Assembly (NCBI GenBank): GCA_038230375.1
Contig: JBBRNJ010000026.1
Location: 36,683-100,682, forward strand
DNA from: Polyangiales bacterium
GTDB taxonomy: Bacteria > Myxococcota_A > Polyangia > Polyangiales > Polyangiaceae
DNA length: 64,000 nt
Direction: 5' to 3'
The translations under genes and the position numbers were made by a program. The notes beneath the pieces are model-generated. The model did no database searches. It worked only from the letters and a program-made list of their open reading frames with translations, and had not been told where the DNA came from. This document shows, in pieces, positions 50,147 through 59,698 of the stretch (position 1 is its first letter; the number at the start of each line of letters is the position of its first letter).

Positions 50147-51229
50147 TCAGGACGGCCACACAACGAGATCGTCGCGGTGAACGAGGACATCGTCCTTCTT
50201 GCCCGCGGCGCGCGCAGCGTCGACCACGTCGTGTCTGACCAGACCGCGCCCGAGCTCGTGACCGCTCGGATCCAGGAGCCGCACGCAGTCGCCCGTGCGG
50301 AAGTCGCCGCGCACGCCAATGGCACCCACAGCGAGCAGGCTCTTGCCTTTGTCGCGCACCGCTGCCGCCGCGCCCGCGTCCAGCGTGACATCACCGCGCG
50401 GCTTCAGGGTGAACGCGATCCAGTGCTTTTTTGCCGGGATCCGGTCGCGCGCGGGGAGGAACAGCGTGCCCACGTCTTCGCCTGCCAGGAGGCGCGGCAG
50501 CGTGTCCTCTTCACGCGCGTCTGCGATCACGACGGATGCGCCAGCGAGCGTTGCCCTGCGCGCGGCCTCGAGCTTGCTCCTCATGCCACCGGTGCCAACG
50601 TCGCTCTTCTCTTTCCGGACCAGGGGCGCTGCCTGTGACTCGATGTCCGACACGACCGACACGCGAGCGCCCTTCGCATCGAGCAGGCCAGGAATGTCGG
50701 AGAGGAGCACCAGCAGATCTGCATCGCAGAGCGGCACCACCAGAGACGACAGCGCGTCGTTGTCGCCGAACTTGATCTCCTCGACTGCCACCGAGTCGTT
50801 CTCGTTCAAGACGGGAACGGCGCCTGCGTCGAGGATCGCGGAGAGCGCAGCGCGCGCGTTGTTGGCGCGGTGTCTGTCGGCGAGATCCTCGTGCGTGAGG
50901 AGCACCTGCGCCACCGCGAGCCCGACCGGCGTGAACGCGGCCTCGTAGGCCTGCATGAGCAAGCTCTGTCCGACGGCTGCCGCCGCTTGTAGGCGCGCCA
51001 TCTCCTTCGGACGCGCGCGCATGCCGAGCCGCTTCACGCCGAGCGCGATCGCGCCACTGGAGACAATGACGACCCCGCGACCTTCCGCGTGCGAGCCCTT
51101 CACGAACGCTGCGAGCCGGTCGTAGACGGCCTTGTCCGACGCCAGCGTCCGGGAGCCGATCTTCACGACGACGCGGCGCGCGCGCGAGACAGCGAGCCTG
51201 CCTGCCTGGCCTTCAGACGCGTGTATCAT
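50147..51229 (-). CDS. proB: Glutamate 5-kinase with PUA domain
   Basis: 'VVKIGS', 'VSSGAI', 'NENDSV...FGDND', 'GTGGMRSK', PUA 'LDAGA...SLLAVG'. Confidence 0.96.
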   Translation of the reverse strand: MIHASEGQAGRLAVSRARRVVVKIGSRTLASDKAVYDRLAAFVKGSHAEGRGVVIVSSGAIALGVKRLGMRARPKEMARLQAAAAVGQSLLMQAYEAAFTPVGLAVAQVLLTHEDLADRHRANNARAALSAILDAGAVPVLNENDSVAVEEIKFGDNDALSSLVVPLCDADLLVLLSDIPGLLDAKGARVSVVSDIESQAAPLVRKEKSDVGTGGMRSKLEAARRATLAGASVVIADAREEDTLPRLLAGEDVGTLFLPARDRIPAKKHWIAFTLKPRGDVTLDAGAAAAVRDKGKSLLAVGAIGVRGDFRTGDCVRLLDPSGHELGRGLVRHDVVDAARAAGKKDDVLVHRDDLVVWPS

Positions 51230-51894
51230 GCACGCATGGTGGCGAGTGAGTCGTCGAACGCAGCCTCCACGCGCCGCGTGAGCCAGTTGGGCAGCGACGT
51301 GATCTTCATGATGACGCCGTCGATGATCTGCGTGAGCTGATCGCGCATGTCCTCGGCTGCGATCGGCCGTGGATCGCGATGCTGGGACGTGTCTGCCGTG
51401 AAGGCCAGGACGATCGCCTGTTCGATGGCGCGGCGCACCCGGCGTGCCTCCTCGACGTTGATGCGGATGGAGCGATCGCTGCGGGAGATCTCCAGGTAGC
51501 GCTCGAAGAGGTGCCCCAGCAGGAACGTGGACACTGCGCTGCGCACCGGCGGGAAGATGCCGAACGGACCAAAGCGCGAGAGCAGCTTACCGGCGGCGAA
51601 GCGAATGCCGTTCTCCAGGAGACCGCGCGGGCCGTCCACGCCAGAGGGCTCGGAGAGGATCGCGCGCGCCTCCGTGGACAGTGAGAGCCCGTGACGCATT
51701 GCGATCTCGTGCACCATCGCGCCGCGAATGCGCCGCAGCACCACGTCGGGCAGCCACGGCAACGGCACCGCGCTGGCAACGCCGCCAAGCGCCGTGTACG
51801 CACCGATGCGTCCGCCTTCCATGTCCGGACGGGCCAGTGTGCCCGAGCCGTGACTCGTGACCATCTCGTCTTCGCTCTTGTTCTGGGTTGTCAC
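51226..51894 (-). CDS. Hypothetical protein (DUF697-like)
   Basis: GTG start with GAGG. 'ASAVPLPWLPD...MVHEIAMRHG'. Confidence 0.6.
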   Translation of the reverse strand: MTTQNKSEDEMVTSHGSGTLARPDMEGGRIGAYTALGGVASAVPLPWLPDVVLRRIRGAMVHEIAMRHGLSLSTEARAILSEPSGVDGPRGLLENGIRFAAGKLLSRFGPFGIFPPVRSAVSTFLLGHLFERYLEISRSDRSIRINVEEARRVRRAIEQAIVLAFTADTSQHRDPRPIAAEDMRDQLTQIIDGVIMKITSLPNWLTRRVEAAFDDSLATMRA

Positions 51895-51899
51895 GGTCC

Positions 51900-52781
51900 T
51901 CACTTTAGCGCGGCGGAGGCCACGAGCACCGGGGAAAGCTCGGTGACGCAGCTGCCTGCCTCCTCCGCCAGGGCGAATGCAGCGTGCGTCCCTGTGTCGT
52001 CCGGGAGGGTGATGCGAAGATAGGAAGGGCCCAGCGACTCCGGCTTCCAGCCGCGCGCCGCGCTTCGCTCCACGAACGCTGCGGCATCGCTCGACAGGCG
52101 CACGAAGAAGGTCCGCTTCGCCAGCGCAAGCTCCGCTGGCGCTCCTTCCGCGATGAGCGTTCCGCCCGAGAACACGAGGACATGGTCGAACGCGCCGCCC
52201 ACGGACGGCATCTGCCTGCCGCGAAAGACGAGATGGGCCTTGTCCGCGATGGCCTTCTCCACGGTGAGCACGAAGCCACGCGCGGCCTCGCTGTCCAGGT
52301 CCTCTTCCGGATCGGACAGGATGAGCGTGTCTGCGCCCGTCGCGAGCGCAGCAGCGAGGTGTGTGCCCCGCCGGACCATCGCGCTCGCCTTCTCCAGCTT
52401 CGTCTTGCGGAACGCGTCGAGCTTCATCCGCGTCAGCGCTTCCAGAACGAGCGCCTCGCGCCGGCTCTTTTCCGTGCCTGCGAGCTCCGCGCTCGCGTGC
52501 AGGTGATCCTCGACCGTGCGGGAGCTCTCCAGGAGGTCGGTGAAAAATGCAGTGGCGAGCTCGCCGCGTTCCAGGAGCCCGCGCGGACGAGAGCCGCGGA
52601 TGCGAAGCTGACCGCGTGATGGCAGAAGCTGTCCTGCTGCCGCAAGGAGCAGCGCGCGGGGGGCACCGAGCAGGCACAGGCGCGAAGCGTCACCGGCAAC
52701 CGTGAGCGTGAGCCCGTCGACCTCTGGCGCGCCAAGGCGGTCCACTCGCACGTCCGAGCAGAGGAACAGGGGTTCCATCAC
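51900..52781 (-). CDS. Degenerate ABC-ATPase-like protein
   Basis: ABC-fold landmarks ('GQLLPSRGQLRIRG', 'TVEDHL', 'LILSDPEEDLD') but no Walker A GKS/T. Confidence 0.6.
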   Translation of the reverse strand: MMEPLFLCSDVRVDRLGAPEVDGLTLTVAGDASRLCLLGAPRALLLAAAGQLLPSRGQLRIRGSRPRGLLERGELATAFFTDLLESSRTVEDHLHASAELAGTEKSRREALVLEALTRMKLDAFRKTKLEKASAMVRRGTHLAAALATGADTLILSDPEEDLDSEAARGFVLTVEKAIADKAHLVFRGRQMPSVGGAFDHVLVFSGGTLIAEGAPAELALAKRTFFVRLSSDAAAFVERSAARGWKPESLGPSYLRITLPDDTGTHAAFALAEEAGSCVTELSPVLVASAALK

Positions 52782-52841
52782 GGCCCCAGACTACCAGGTT
52801 TGACCATCGGGGCCTTCATCTCTATCCATGGACGGATCACC

Positions 52842-54050
52842 GTGGCGAACGAAGAGCTCTCTCCTGGCACGACGCTCTCATCGCGCTACCGCATTGGCGT
52901 GGTGCTGGGGCGCGGTGCCATGGGCGTGGTCTACGACGCGACGCGCTTGCTCGACGGCGCGCGTGTCGCAGTGAAGGTGCTCAACGACCAGACGCGCGCG
53001 AACCCGAGCGCCATGCAGCGCTTCGAGCGCGAGGCGCAGGCTGCGTCGCGGCTCGGCCATCCGGGGATCGTGAAGATCTTCGACTTCCAGAAGGAGCCCC
53101 ACGAGCCCGCGTATCTCGTGATGGAGTTTCTGGAAGGGCACTCGCTCGGTCGTGAGATCGAGGTGGCCGGACCGCTGCCGCTGCCGCGGATCGCACGGAT
53201 CGCAAGCGACCTGCTCACCGCGCTCTCCGCGGCGCATCGGGCTGGCCTGGTGCATCGCGATATCAAGCCCGACAACATTGTCCTGCTCACGGGCGAGAAC
53301 CCGCCGTTCAGCTGCAAGCTGGTCGACTTTGGCGTGGTGAAGGTGGCGGGGCAGGTGCTGACGCAGGCGGGCCAGGTGATCGGCACGCCGGCGTACATGT
53401 CTCCCGAGCAGTGGCAGGGTGCTGCGGTCGATCCGCGCTCGGACATCTACGCGCTCGGCGGATGCTTGTATCATGCAATCATGGGCCGCACGGCGGTGAC
53501 GAGCGTGGAGGAGGCCGTGCAACCCGGCTTCTGCGCGCAGCGAGCGCGCGCCATGCCCCAGGAGAATCTGGCCGTCACGCAGGCGCTCGCGGAGGTGCTC
53601 GCGAAGGCGCTGGAGCCGTTCCCCTCGTCGCGGTTCGCGTCTGCGGACGAGATGTCGGTCGCGCTGGGACGCGCCATGTCGCGCACAGTGGTCACGAATC
53701 CGCCGCCCGCATCCGCAGCGCGCGCCCCGCCTTCCTACGCGCCCGCGTACGCGACGCCACCGCCGCCACATCGGCCATCGATGCCGAGCTACGGGTCGCC
53801 GCTTGCGGCTTCCAGCTACGGGCCTGCGGGCGCTGTGCCGAGCTACGCGCCTGCGGGCGCTGTGCCGAGCTACGGGCCTGCGGGCACGATCCAGAGCCAT
53901 GGGCCTCCGCAGAATGCGTTCCCGCCCACGGGACCTCCGCAGGTTGCGGTGCCGTGGTGGAGAGGCTCGATGGCGCGCAATGCCCTCCTCGCGGCGTTCT
54001 TGCTCGCGTTCGCTGCCTGGATCCTGCCGCGCTCCTGCCTCCCGTTCTGA
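52842..54050 (+). CDS. Ser/Thr protein kinase with Pro-rich tail and C-terminal TM
   Basis: 'LGRGAMGVVY', 'VAVKVL', 'HRDIKPDN', 'DFG', 'GTPAYMSPEQ'. PSYGPAGAV-like repeats in the tail. Confidence 0.93.
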   Translation: MANEELSPGTTLSSRYRIGVVLGRGAMGVVYDATRLLDGARVAVKVLNDQTRANPSAMQRFEREAQAASRLGHPGIVKIFDFQKEPHEPAYLVMEFLEGHSLGREIEVAGPLPLPRIARIASDLLTALSAAHRAGLVHRDIKPDNIVLLTGENPPFSCKLVDFGVVKVAGQVLTQAGQVIGTPAYMSPEQWQGAAVDPRSDIYALGGCLYHAIMGRTAVTSVEEAVQPGFCAQRARAMPQENLAVTQALAEVLAKALEPFPSSRFASADEMSVALGRAMSRTVVTNPPPASAARAPPSYAPAYATPPPPHRPSMPSYGSPLAASSYGPAGAVPSYAPAGAVPSYGPAGTIQSHGPPQNAFPPTGPPQVAVPWWRGSMARNALLAAFLLAFAAWILPRSCLPF

Positions 54051-54062
54051 CCGTCGCCCACG

Positions 54063-54830
54063 CTAGAGCGGCTGGGTGGCCGCGCCGAGCACGCGCATGG
54101 TCGACGCGTCTTCGACGAAGGCAACGACGCGCGCGCCCTCACGCGGCATCCCATCGGGAAGCGTGAGCCTCACGCGGACCTTTGCATCCGCGCCCTTCGT
54201 CGCGACATCGAACGCGCGGACGACGTTCGTGTGCGTGAGCCGCCGTCCGCTGTTCTCGCCGCGCGTCACCGACACCTCTGCACGCGCCTGTGTCAGCGCG
54301 ACGACTACCTCCGTGCCCGGGCCGAGCGCGGATGACGACACGTCCACGAGCACGCTCTTGCCTTCCAGCTGCGCGGAGAGCGTGACGGGAGACTTGGGGG
54401 CGCGCGCGGCCTCCTTGATCTGCGCATCGAGGCCGCTCCTGTCGCTGCCAGTGAGCTCCGTGCGTCCGTCGATGAACGCCTGCGGCGTGTACACGCGCGA
54501 GCCGAGCGCGCGCGCGAGCTGCTGCTGACGGCGGCTGTTCGCGGCCGACGAATACGGGTCAGCCCACCCGATGTAGTTCCAGTAGTCGACGTGGAAGGAG
54601 AGAGGCACGATCGCGACGCCATCCTTCTGCGGCGCCTCCGCGAGCGCCGTCAACGCGGCGTCGGCGGATGGACACGACGAGCAACCCTCCGACGTGTAGA
54701 GCGCGACCACCACGGGCCCCGTGCTGGTACCCGGCGGCCTCGCTACCTCCGCGCTCGCATCGCGCGAGCACTGCGAGAGGGAGAGCAGCAGCAGTGAGAG
54801 CACCGGGATCATGGCTCGCAGCTCGGACAT
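54063..54830 (-). CDS. Exported thioredoxin-like protein (DUF1223 type)
   Basis: 'LYTSEGCSSCPSAD', 'SFHVDYWNYIGWADPY', 'VYTPQ', 'RGENSGRRLTH'. Confidence 0.85.
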   Translation of the reverse strand: MSELRAMIPVLSLLLLSLSQCSRDASAEVARPPGTSTGPVVVALYTSEGCSSCPSADAALTALAEAPQKDGVAIVPLSFHVDYWNYIGWADPYSSAANSRRQQQLARALGSRVYTPQAFIDGRTELTGSDRSGLDAQIKEAARAPKSPVTLSAQLEGKSVLVDVSSSALGPGTEVVVALTQARAEVSVTRGENSGRRLTHTNVVRAFDVATKGADAKVRVRLTLPDGMPREGARVVAFVEDASTMRVLGAATQPL

Positions 54831-54895
54831 GGGATGAATACGCAGGACGAGCATGGCGGTTACGCGCCGGCACGAACACCGAAAAAAACCGGGCG

Positions 54896-54923
54896 TTGAC
54901 GGAGGTTCCGGCGAGTGTAACAT
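54896..54923 (+). promoter_or_regulatory. Putative sigma-70 promoter of the sigma-54 activator gene
   Basis: TTGACG-N16-TAACAT just upstream of ATG 54936. Confidence 0.4.
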
Positions 54924-54935
54924 TTCCGGACACTC

Positions 54936-57206
54936 ATGGCCCAACGCCGCTCCGAGCCGCCGCCGCGCAGAGGCGAGCTCCCCAGACACTCCGCGCTCGA
55001 TCTCGTCACCCAGGCCGAGGCCGCGTTCGAGGCTGGCGACGTCGAAGGCGCGCTCGCGCTGTCCGAGCGAAGCGTGGAGGTCGCCGACAAGCGACCCGAT
55101 GGACCCGCGCGAAGCCAGTCGCGTCGCATCCTGGCGCGCGTGCAGCTACACACCGGTGCCGCCGATCGCGCGCAGGAGATCACCGAGGAGGCGCGGCGCA
55201 TCAGCCTTGCGGCGCGTGACCGTGGTGAAGAGGCGCTGTGCGAGCTAGGCCTGTCCGAGATCATGCGTGCACGCGGCGACTACGCGCAGGCGCTCCGTCA
55301 TGCGGTGCGCGCGGAGGCCCGGGCGGCGCGCTCCGGGGACACGGAGACCAAGCGCATCGTGAGGTCCGAGTACGCGCTGCTCCTCTCTCGCGTGGGCGAC
55401 GCCGAGCGCGCGCACGAGCTCTTCGACGAGGTGCTCGCCGCCGGACCATTCCGTTCTCCCTATCGCGCGCTGCGCACGCTCTACAATGCAGCCACCGCCG
55501 ACCGCATGGCGGGCCGCTTCACCGCCGCGTTCGAGCGCCTGGATCTGGCGGACGAGATGGCGCGCACGCACAGCCTGTCGGCCGACGAGTTCCTGAGGGC
55601 CACTGCACGCGCGCAGACCTACTTCGACGTGGGCGCACTGAAGGAGGCGGCGCGTGAGGCAGAGAAGGTGGAGCTGCCCGCTTTCGCGCCGGCGTGGCAG
55701 AAGGCGCAGCTCGCGGCGCTCCGGTCGCACATCCGGCTCGCGATGGGCGCGCGCCCGGAGTCGGTGGAGAAGAGCCTGGAGCACGTGAAGGTCGAGGGGC
55801 TCGAGCAGCCCACGCGTTTCGCCGTGGAGCGCGTGCGTGCGCTTGCGCTGCTGGCGCGCGGGAACCGGCTCGAAGCAGAGCGCGTGTCGGTGTCGCTGAT
55901 GACGCTTGCCGCAAAGGGCGGAACGCGTGGGATCGCCGCGCAGGCGCTCGCCGTGGCCGCGCGCGCAGGCAATCGCGAGGCGTGGTTGCTCCGGTGGCTT
56001 GGGGCGCTCGCGCTCACATCGGGCGGAGTGGCAGCGCGGCTCGAGCACGAGGCGATGGCCGCGCTGGTCGACGAGCCGGAGCCCATCGGCGGCCTTGCTC
56101 GCAGCGCGCTCTCTGCACTTCGCGCGCGCCTCCTTGCGCGATGCCCAGCGCAGTATCGCGCGGGCCTCAAGGCGTCCTTGCGGCAGGTGGAGACGCGCGT
56201 GCTCGCGCTGCGTGAGGCGCGCCACACGGAGTCCGCGCTCATGCTGGAGGTGCCCACCCTGCGCGCGAAGGAGGAGCTCGGCATCGCCGGCTCTTCACCC
56301 GCGCTCATCCGCGCGCTCGCGCTCACGTCACGCGCCGCAAAGAGCAACGCCAGCATCGTCATCAACGGCGAGACCGGGTCCGGCAAGGAGCTCTTCGCAC
56401 AGCTGGTGCATCACATCTCACCGCGCAAGAACGGGCCGTTCGTGGCGATCAACTGCGCCGCGATCCCGGAGCAACTCCTGGAGGCCGAGCTCTTCGGCTA
56501 CGAGCGCGGAGCGTTCACCGGCGCCGATCGCGCCCGCCGCGGTCTCTTCGTTGAAGCGGAGGGCGGCACGCTCTTCCTGGACGAGGTGGGCGAGATGAGC
56601 GCGTCGATGCAGGCGAAGCTCCTGCGCGTGCTCGAGGACGGCGAGGTGCGGCCCATCGGCGGCACGAAGGACCGCAAGGTCAACGTCCGCGTCGTGGCCG
56701 CCACACACCGCGACCTCTCGGCGCTCGTCGCGTCACGGACGTTCCGCGAAGACCTCTTCTACCGCCTTGCGGCCATCGTCGTGCAGGTGCCGCCGCTGCG
56801 CGAGCGCATCGAGGACCTACCGGCCATTGCACACGCGATCCTCGAGCGCGATCCGATGACGCGACATTTCAGGCTCGAGGTGCCAGCCATCGCCGCGCTC
56901 GCCGAGCACACGTGGCCAGGAAATGTGCGCGAGCTCTCGAACGTGCTGCGCGCTGCCGCTGCGATGGCGGAGGAGAACGTCATCGAAAGGCCCGCGCTGG
57001 AGGCCGCCATCTCCGCGCGTTCGGTCCGCGAGGGACAGAGCACGACCACCGTGCGCGAGACCACGCTCTCCGCCCTTCGTCTGCGCCATCGCGCGGAGCT
57101 CCGCGAGCTGGTCGGGCGCGCGCTCCTCCACGCCCGCGGAAACAAGCTCCGTGCGGCCCAGGCGCTCGGCGTCAGCCGACAGGGTCTGTATCGCGTGCTC
57201 GAGTGA
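54936..57206 (+). CDS. Sigma-54-dependent enhancer-binding protein (TPR-like N-terminus, AAA+, Fis HTH)
   Basis: 'GETGSGKE', 'ELFGYERGAFTGA', 'LFLDEVGEM', 'FREDLFYRL', 'WPGNVREL', HTH 'AAQALGVSRQGLYR'. Confidence 0.95.
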   Translation: MAQRRSEPPPRRGELPRHSALDLVTQAEAAFEAGDVEGALALSERSVEVADKRPDGPARSQSRRILARVQLHTGAADRAQEITEEARRISLAARDRGEEALCELGLSEIMRARGDYAQALRHAVRAEARAARSGDTETKRIVRSEYALLLSRVGDAERAHELFDEVLAAGPFRSPYRALRTLYNAATADRMAGRFTAAFERLDLADEMARTHSLSADEFLRATARAQTYFDVGALKEAAREAEKVELPAFAPAWQKAQLAALRSHIRLAMGARPESVEKSLEHVKVEGLEQPTRFAVERVRALALLARGNRLEAERVSVSLMTLAAKGGTRGIAAQALAVAARAGNREAWLLRWLGALALTSGGVAARLEHEAMAALVDEPEPIGGLARSALSALRARLLARCPAQYRAGLKASLRQVETRVLALREARHTESALMLEVPTLRAKEELGIAGSSPALIRALALTSRAAKSNASIVINGETGSGKELFAQLVHHISPRKNGPFVAINCAAIPEQLLEAELFGYERGAFTGADRARRGLFVEAEGGTLFLDEVGEMSASMQAKLLRVLEDGEVRPIGGTKDRKVNVRVVAATHRDLSALVASRTFREDLFYRLAAIVVQVPPLRERIEDLPAIAHAILERDPMTRHFRLEVPAIAALAEHTWPGNVRELSNVLRAAAAMAEENVIERPALEAAISARSVREGQSTTTVRETTLSALRLRHRAELRELVGRALLHARGNKLRAAQALGVSRQGLYRVLE

Positions 57207-57332
57207 TGGCGTGTGCCGGGGTGCCGTGCGCCCGCATATCGGCGCACATGCACACCATGAAAACCCAGTGAGATCGTTGCTCTCCGTCCGTGTCCCTCGT
57301 ACGATTTCTCCAGGGGAACGAGGGAGCGAGAC

Positions 57333-58184
57333 ATGCACAAGACGCTAGCGGCGAGCACCCTCACAATGACTGTATTCTGCACGTTCATGGGGGCGTGCGC
57401 CTCCGACAACGAGCAGCAGTCCTCGCCGTTCGTGCTGGGCATGACGGACACGATGGCACCGGCCGTCAACGACGGCGAGACACAGATCTACATCGTGCAG
57501 ACGCCCATTCCGCTGCCGGTACGGCGCCCCACCGACGACGAGCGCAAGGCGCTCGGGCAGCAGGATCCCTATCCGCGTCAGCCGTTCTTCGTGGCCTCCG
57601 ACGCGCGCATCACGGTGAAGTTCACGCTCTCGAACCTGAGCCCGGACAAGTCGGCGGTCGTCGAGTTGCTCATGGATCCGTGGAACGAGTTCGTGCGCTA
57701 CGTGCCCGGCCAGCAGGTCTCCGACGAGATGACCATCCCGAACCTCTCCGGCATCGATCGCTACTTCGTGCTGCAGCCGCTGCAGCGCATCGAAGGCATC
57801 ATCACGCCCGACGACATGAACGAGCTCGCCATCGATCTCGCCACCGCCGAGAACATCGAGAAGAACCCAGCGGACCCCAAGAGCGGATTCGGTGGCCCCG
57901 TGCTCTTCAATCGCGCGTTCAACGTACAGAACCGCTCGAACCAGCCGGACCCGCTCATCTCGCAGCTCGTCCCCCCAGTGATCGCCGGGCTCACGGGGTT
58001 CGACCTGGGCCTGCGCACGAACGCGCCCGCCAAGATCGCCGTCGAGATCAGCCTCGACCTCACCGACCTCAACGGCAAGCGAATCATCACGCCCGACAAC
58101 ACCACCGACAAGCCCATGTTCACGGCGAAAAGTCCGCCCGGTACGGTTCTGTCGCCGCCGCCTCCCGTGCTGCCGGCACCGTGA
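57333..58184 (+). CDS. Hypothetical lipoprotein
   Basis: GGGAG Shine-Dalgarno, lipobox 'MGAC', strong coding bias. Confidence 0.75.
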   Translation: MHKTLAASTLTMTVFCTFMGACASDNEQQSSPFVLGMTDTMAPAVNDGETQIYIVQTPIPLPVRRPTDDERKALGQQDPYPRQPFFVASDARITVKFTLSNLSPDKSAVVELLMDPWNEFVRYVPGQQVSDEMTIPNLSGIDRYFVLQPLQRIEGIITPDDMNELAIDLATAENIEKNPADPKSGFGGPVLFNRAFNVQNRSNQPDPLISQLVPPVIAGLTGFDLGLRTNAPAKIAVEISLDLTDLNGKRIITPDNTTDKPMFTAKSPPGTVLSPPPPVLPAP

Positions 58185-58245
58185 TGGCGCTGTGACGCTC
58201 TTGCATTGACAGGTCGATTCACGCCCTGTTAGCTGCCAATGCGCC

Positions 58246-58923
58246 ATGCGTCTTCGTGTTCAACGCTCGCTCGTCGTGGGCCTCATCGCCGGCGTGACAG
58301 CGTGGACCACGTGGACGGCGCCGGCACGTGCCCAGTGCGTGGACGAGGAGCTGAAGCAAGAGCTCGTTGGCGGCCGCCACTATCGCGGCGTGCAGGACCG
58401 CCTCTTCACGAAGGCCTTTCGCCACGAGATCTCCGGAATGGCGGGCTACTACGCCGCCGACCTCTACTCCTCGAACTGGGTGGTCGGTGGCGCCTACACG
58501 TTCCACTTCTCCGAGGACCTCGGCCTCGAGGCAAGCGTGCAGTTTACACGCTTCCGCTCCGACATCACCGACTCGTACGAGCGGCGCTACCCGCAGATCC
58601 AGATCGACGAGCGCACCGACAAACCGGGTCGGCTCTACTTCGGTCACCTCATCTGGTCGTTCGCGTACGGTAAATTTCGCTGGTTCGGAGGCTCCACGAA
58701 CCGCTTCGACTTCAACGCCTCCGTGGGCGCCGGCATCACCGACGACACCACGTCGCGCGGCATCACCGGCAGCTTCGGCCTGGGCACCAAGCTCTACTTC
58801 GGAAAATATTTCGGCGTCCGCGCCGACGTCCGCGATCACATCCTGCGAGAGACGTTCGTGGGTGAAGACCACCTGGTGAACGACATCGTCGTCACCATCG
58901 GGCCCAGCATCTTCGTGCCCTGA
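58246..58923 (+). CDS. Outer-membrane beta-barrel protein of the myxobacterial gliding GltA/GltB (NfsA/B) type
   Basis: 'VQDRLFTKAFRHEI', 'YTFHFSEDLGLE', 'WSFAYGK', C-terminal 'GPSIFVP'. TTGACA at 58206 upstream. Confidence 0.75.
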   Translation: MRLRVQRSLVVGLIAGVTAWTTWTAPARAQCVDEELKQELVGGRHYRGVQDRLFTKAFRHEISGMAGYYAADLYSSNWVVGGAYTFHFSEDLGLEASVQFTRFRSDITDSYERRYPQIQIDERTDKPGRLYFGHLIWSFAYGKFRWFGGSTNRFDFNASVGAGITDDTTSRGITGSFGLGTKLYFGKYFGVRADVRDHILRETFVGEDHLVNDIVVTIGPSIFVP

Positions 58924-58985
58924 AATCCACGATGTGGCTTGGCTCTCCCTGGAATTTCAGGGAGAATCGCAGCGTGCTCGGAAAG

Positions 58986-59696
58986 ATGCGAATCGGGTTC
59001 GGCGTGGTCCTGTGCGTGGCCTTCGCGGGCGGCTCGCTCGCCCTCGCCCAGCCCCGGAAGGGTGGCAGGCCTCCCGTGGTGTCCGCAGACGCGGGCAGTG
59101 CCGACGCGTCCGCTCCCGCCGCTGATGCTGGCGCTGCGAGCGAACCTGTCCGCACCGACTGGGATGCGTCCGCCAAGCTCTCACCGCTCACGCCCGCGCC
59201 AAACGAGTTCCCGCAGGGCAGCGTGGATGGTGGTGCAGCGCCGCCCGACTACGACAAGCTCATCGCCGACGTCGCTGCTCTTCGCGGACGTGTCGCCACG
59301 CTCTCGGATGGGCTCTTTCGCTCGCGCCTCGCGATAGCCATCGAGACGGACGGCGACAAGATGGCGCTCTCCAAGCTGACCGTCAGCGTCGACGACGGTG
59401 TCGTGTTCACCTCGCCCAGCTTCCACGCGGAGGACTTCACGCCGGTCTTCGAGCACGCCATCGCGCCGGGGAAGCACGCGATCACCATCGAGGCAGAGCG
59501 TACGTACTCCAAGGACGAGACGTGGAAGACCATCGACCGCACGCGTTTCACCGTGGAAGTACCGAAGGATCAACGGCTCGCCGTCGAGGTCCGCATCGGC
59601 GACGACTCGTCGATGGGCGCGGATTTTCCAGGTGATCGCGCCGGCAAGTACGACCTCCGGTTTCGCGTGAAGGCCGTCACCAAGGGCGGGAAGTAA
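58986..59696 (+). CDS. Exported protein (coiled coil plus beta-sandwich)
   Basis: Signal peptide, 'YDKLIADVAALRGRVATLSDGLF', 'IAPGKHAITIE'. Confidence 0.7.
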   Translation: MRIGFGVVLCVAFAGGSLALAQPRKGGRPPVVSADAGSADASAPAADAGAASEPVRTDWDASAKLSPLTPAPNEFPQGSVDGGAAPPDYDKLIADVAALRGRVATLSDGLFRSRLAIAIETDGDKMALSKLTVSVDDGVVFTSPSFHAEDFTPVFEHAIAPGKHAITIEAERTYSKDETWKTIDRTRFTVEVPKDQRLAVEVRIGDDSSMGADFPGDRAGKYDLRFRVKAVTKGGK

Positions 59697-59698
59697 AC

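Noticed and set aside
57207..57332. Sigma-54 promoter directly downstream of the enhancer-binding protein gene
   Set aside because: I found no TGGC-like GG-N10-GC element with correct spacing.
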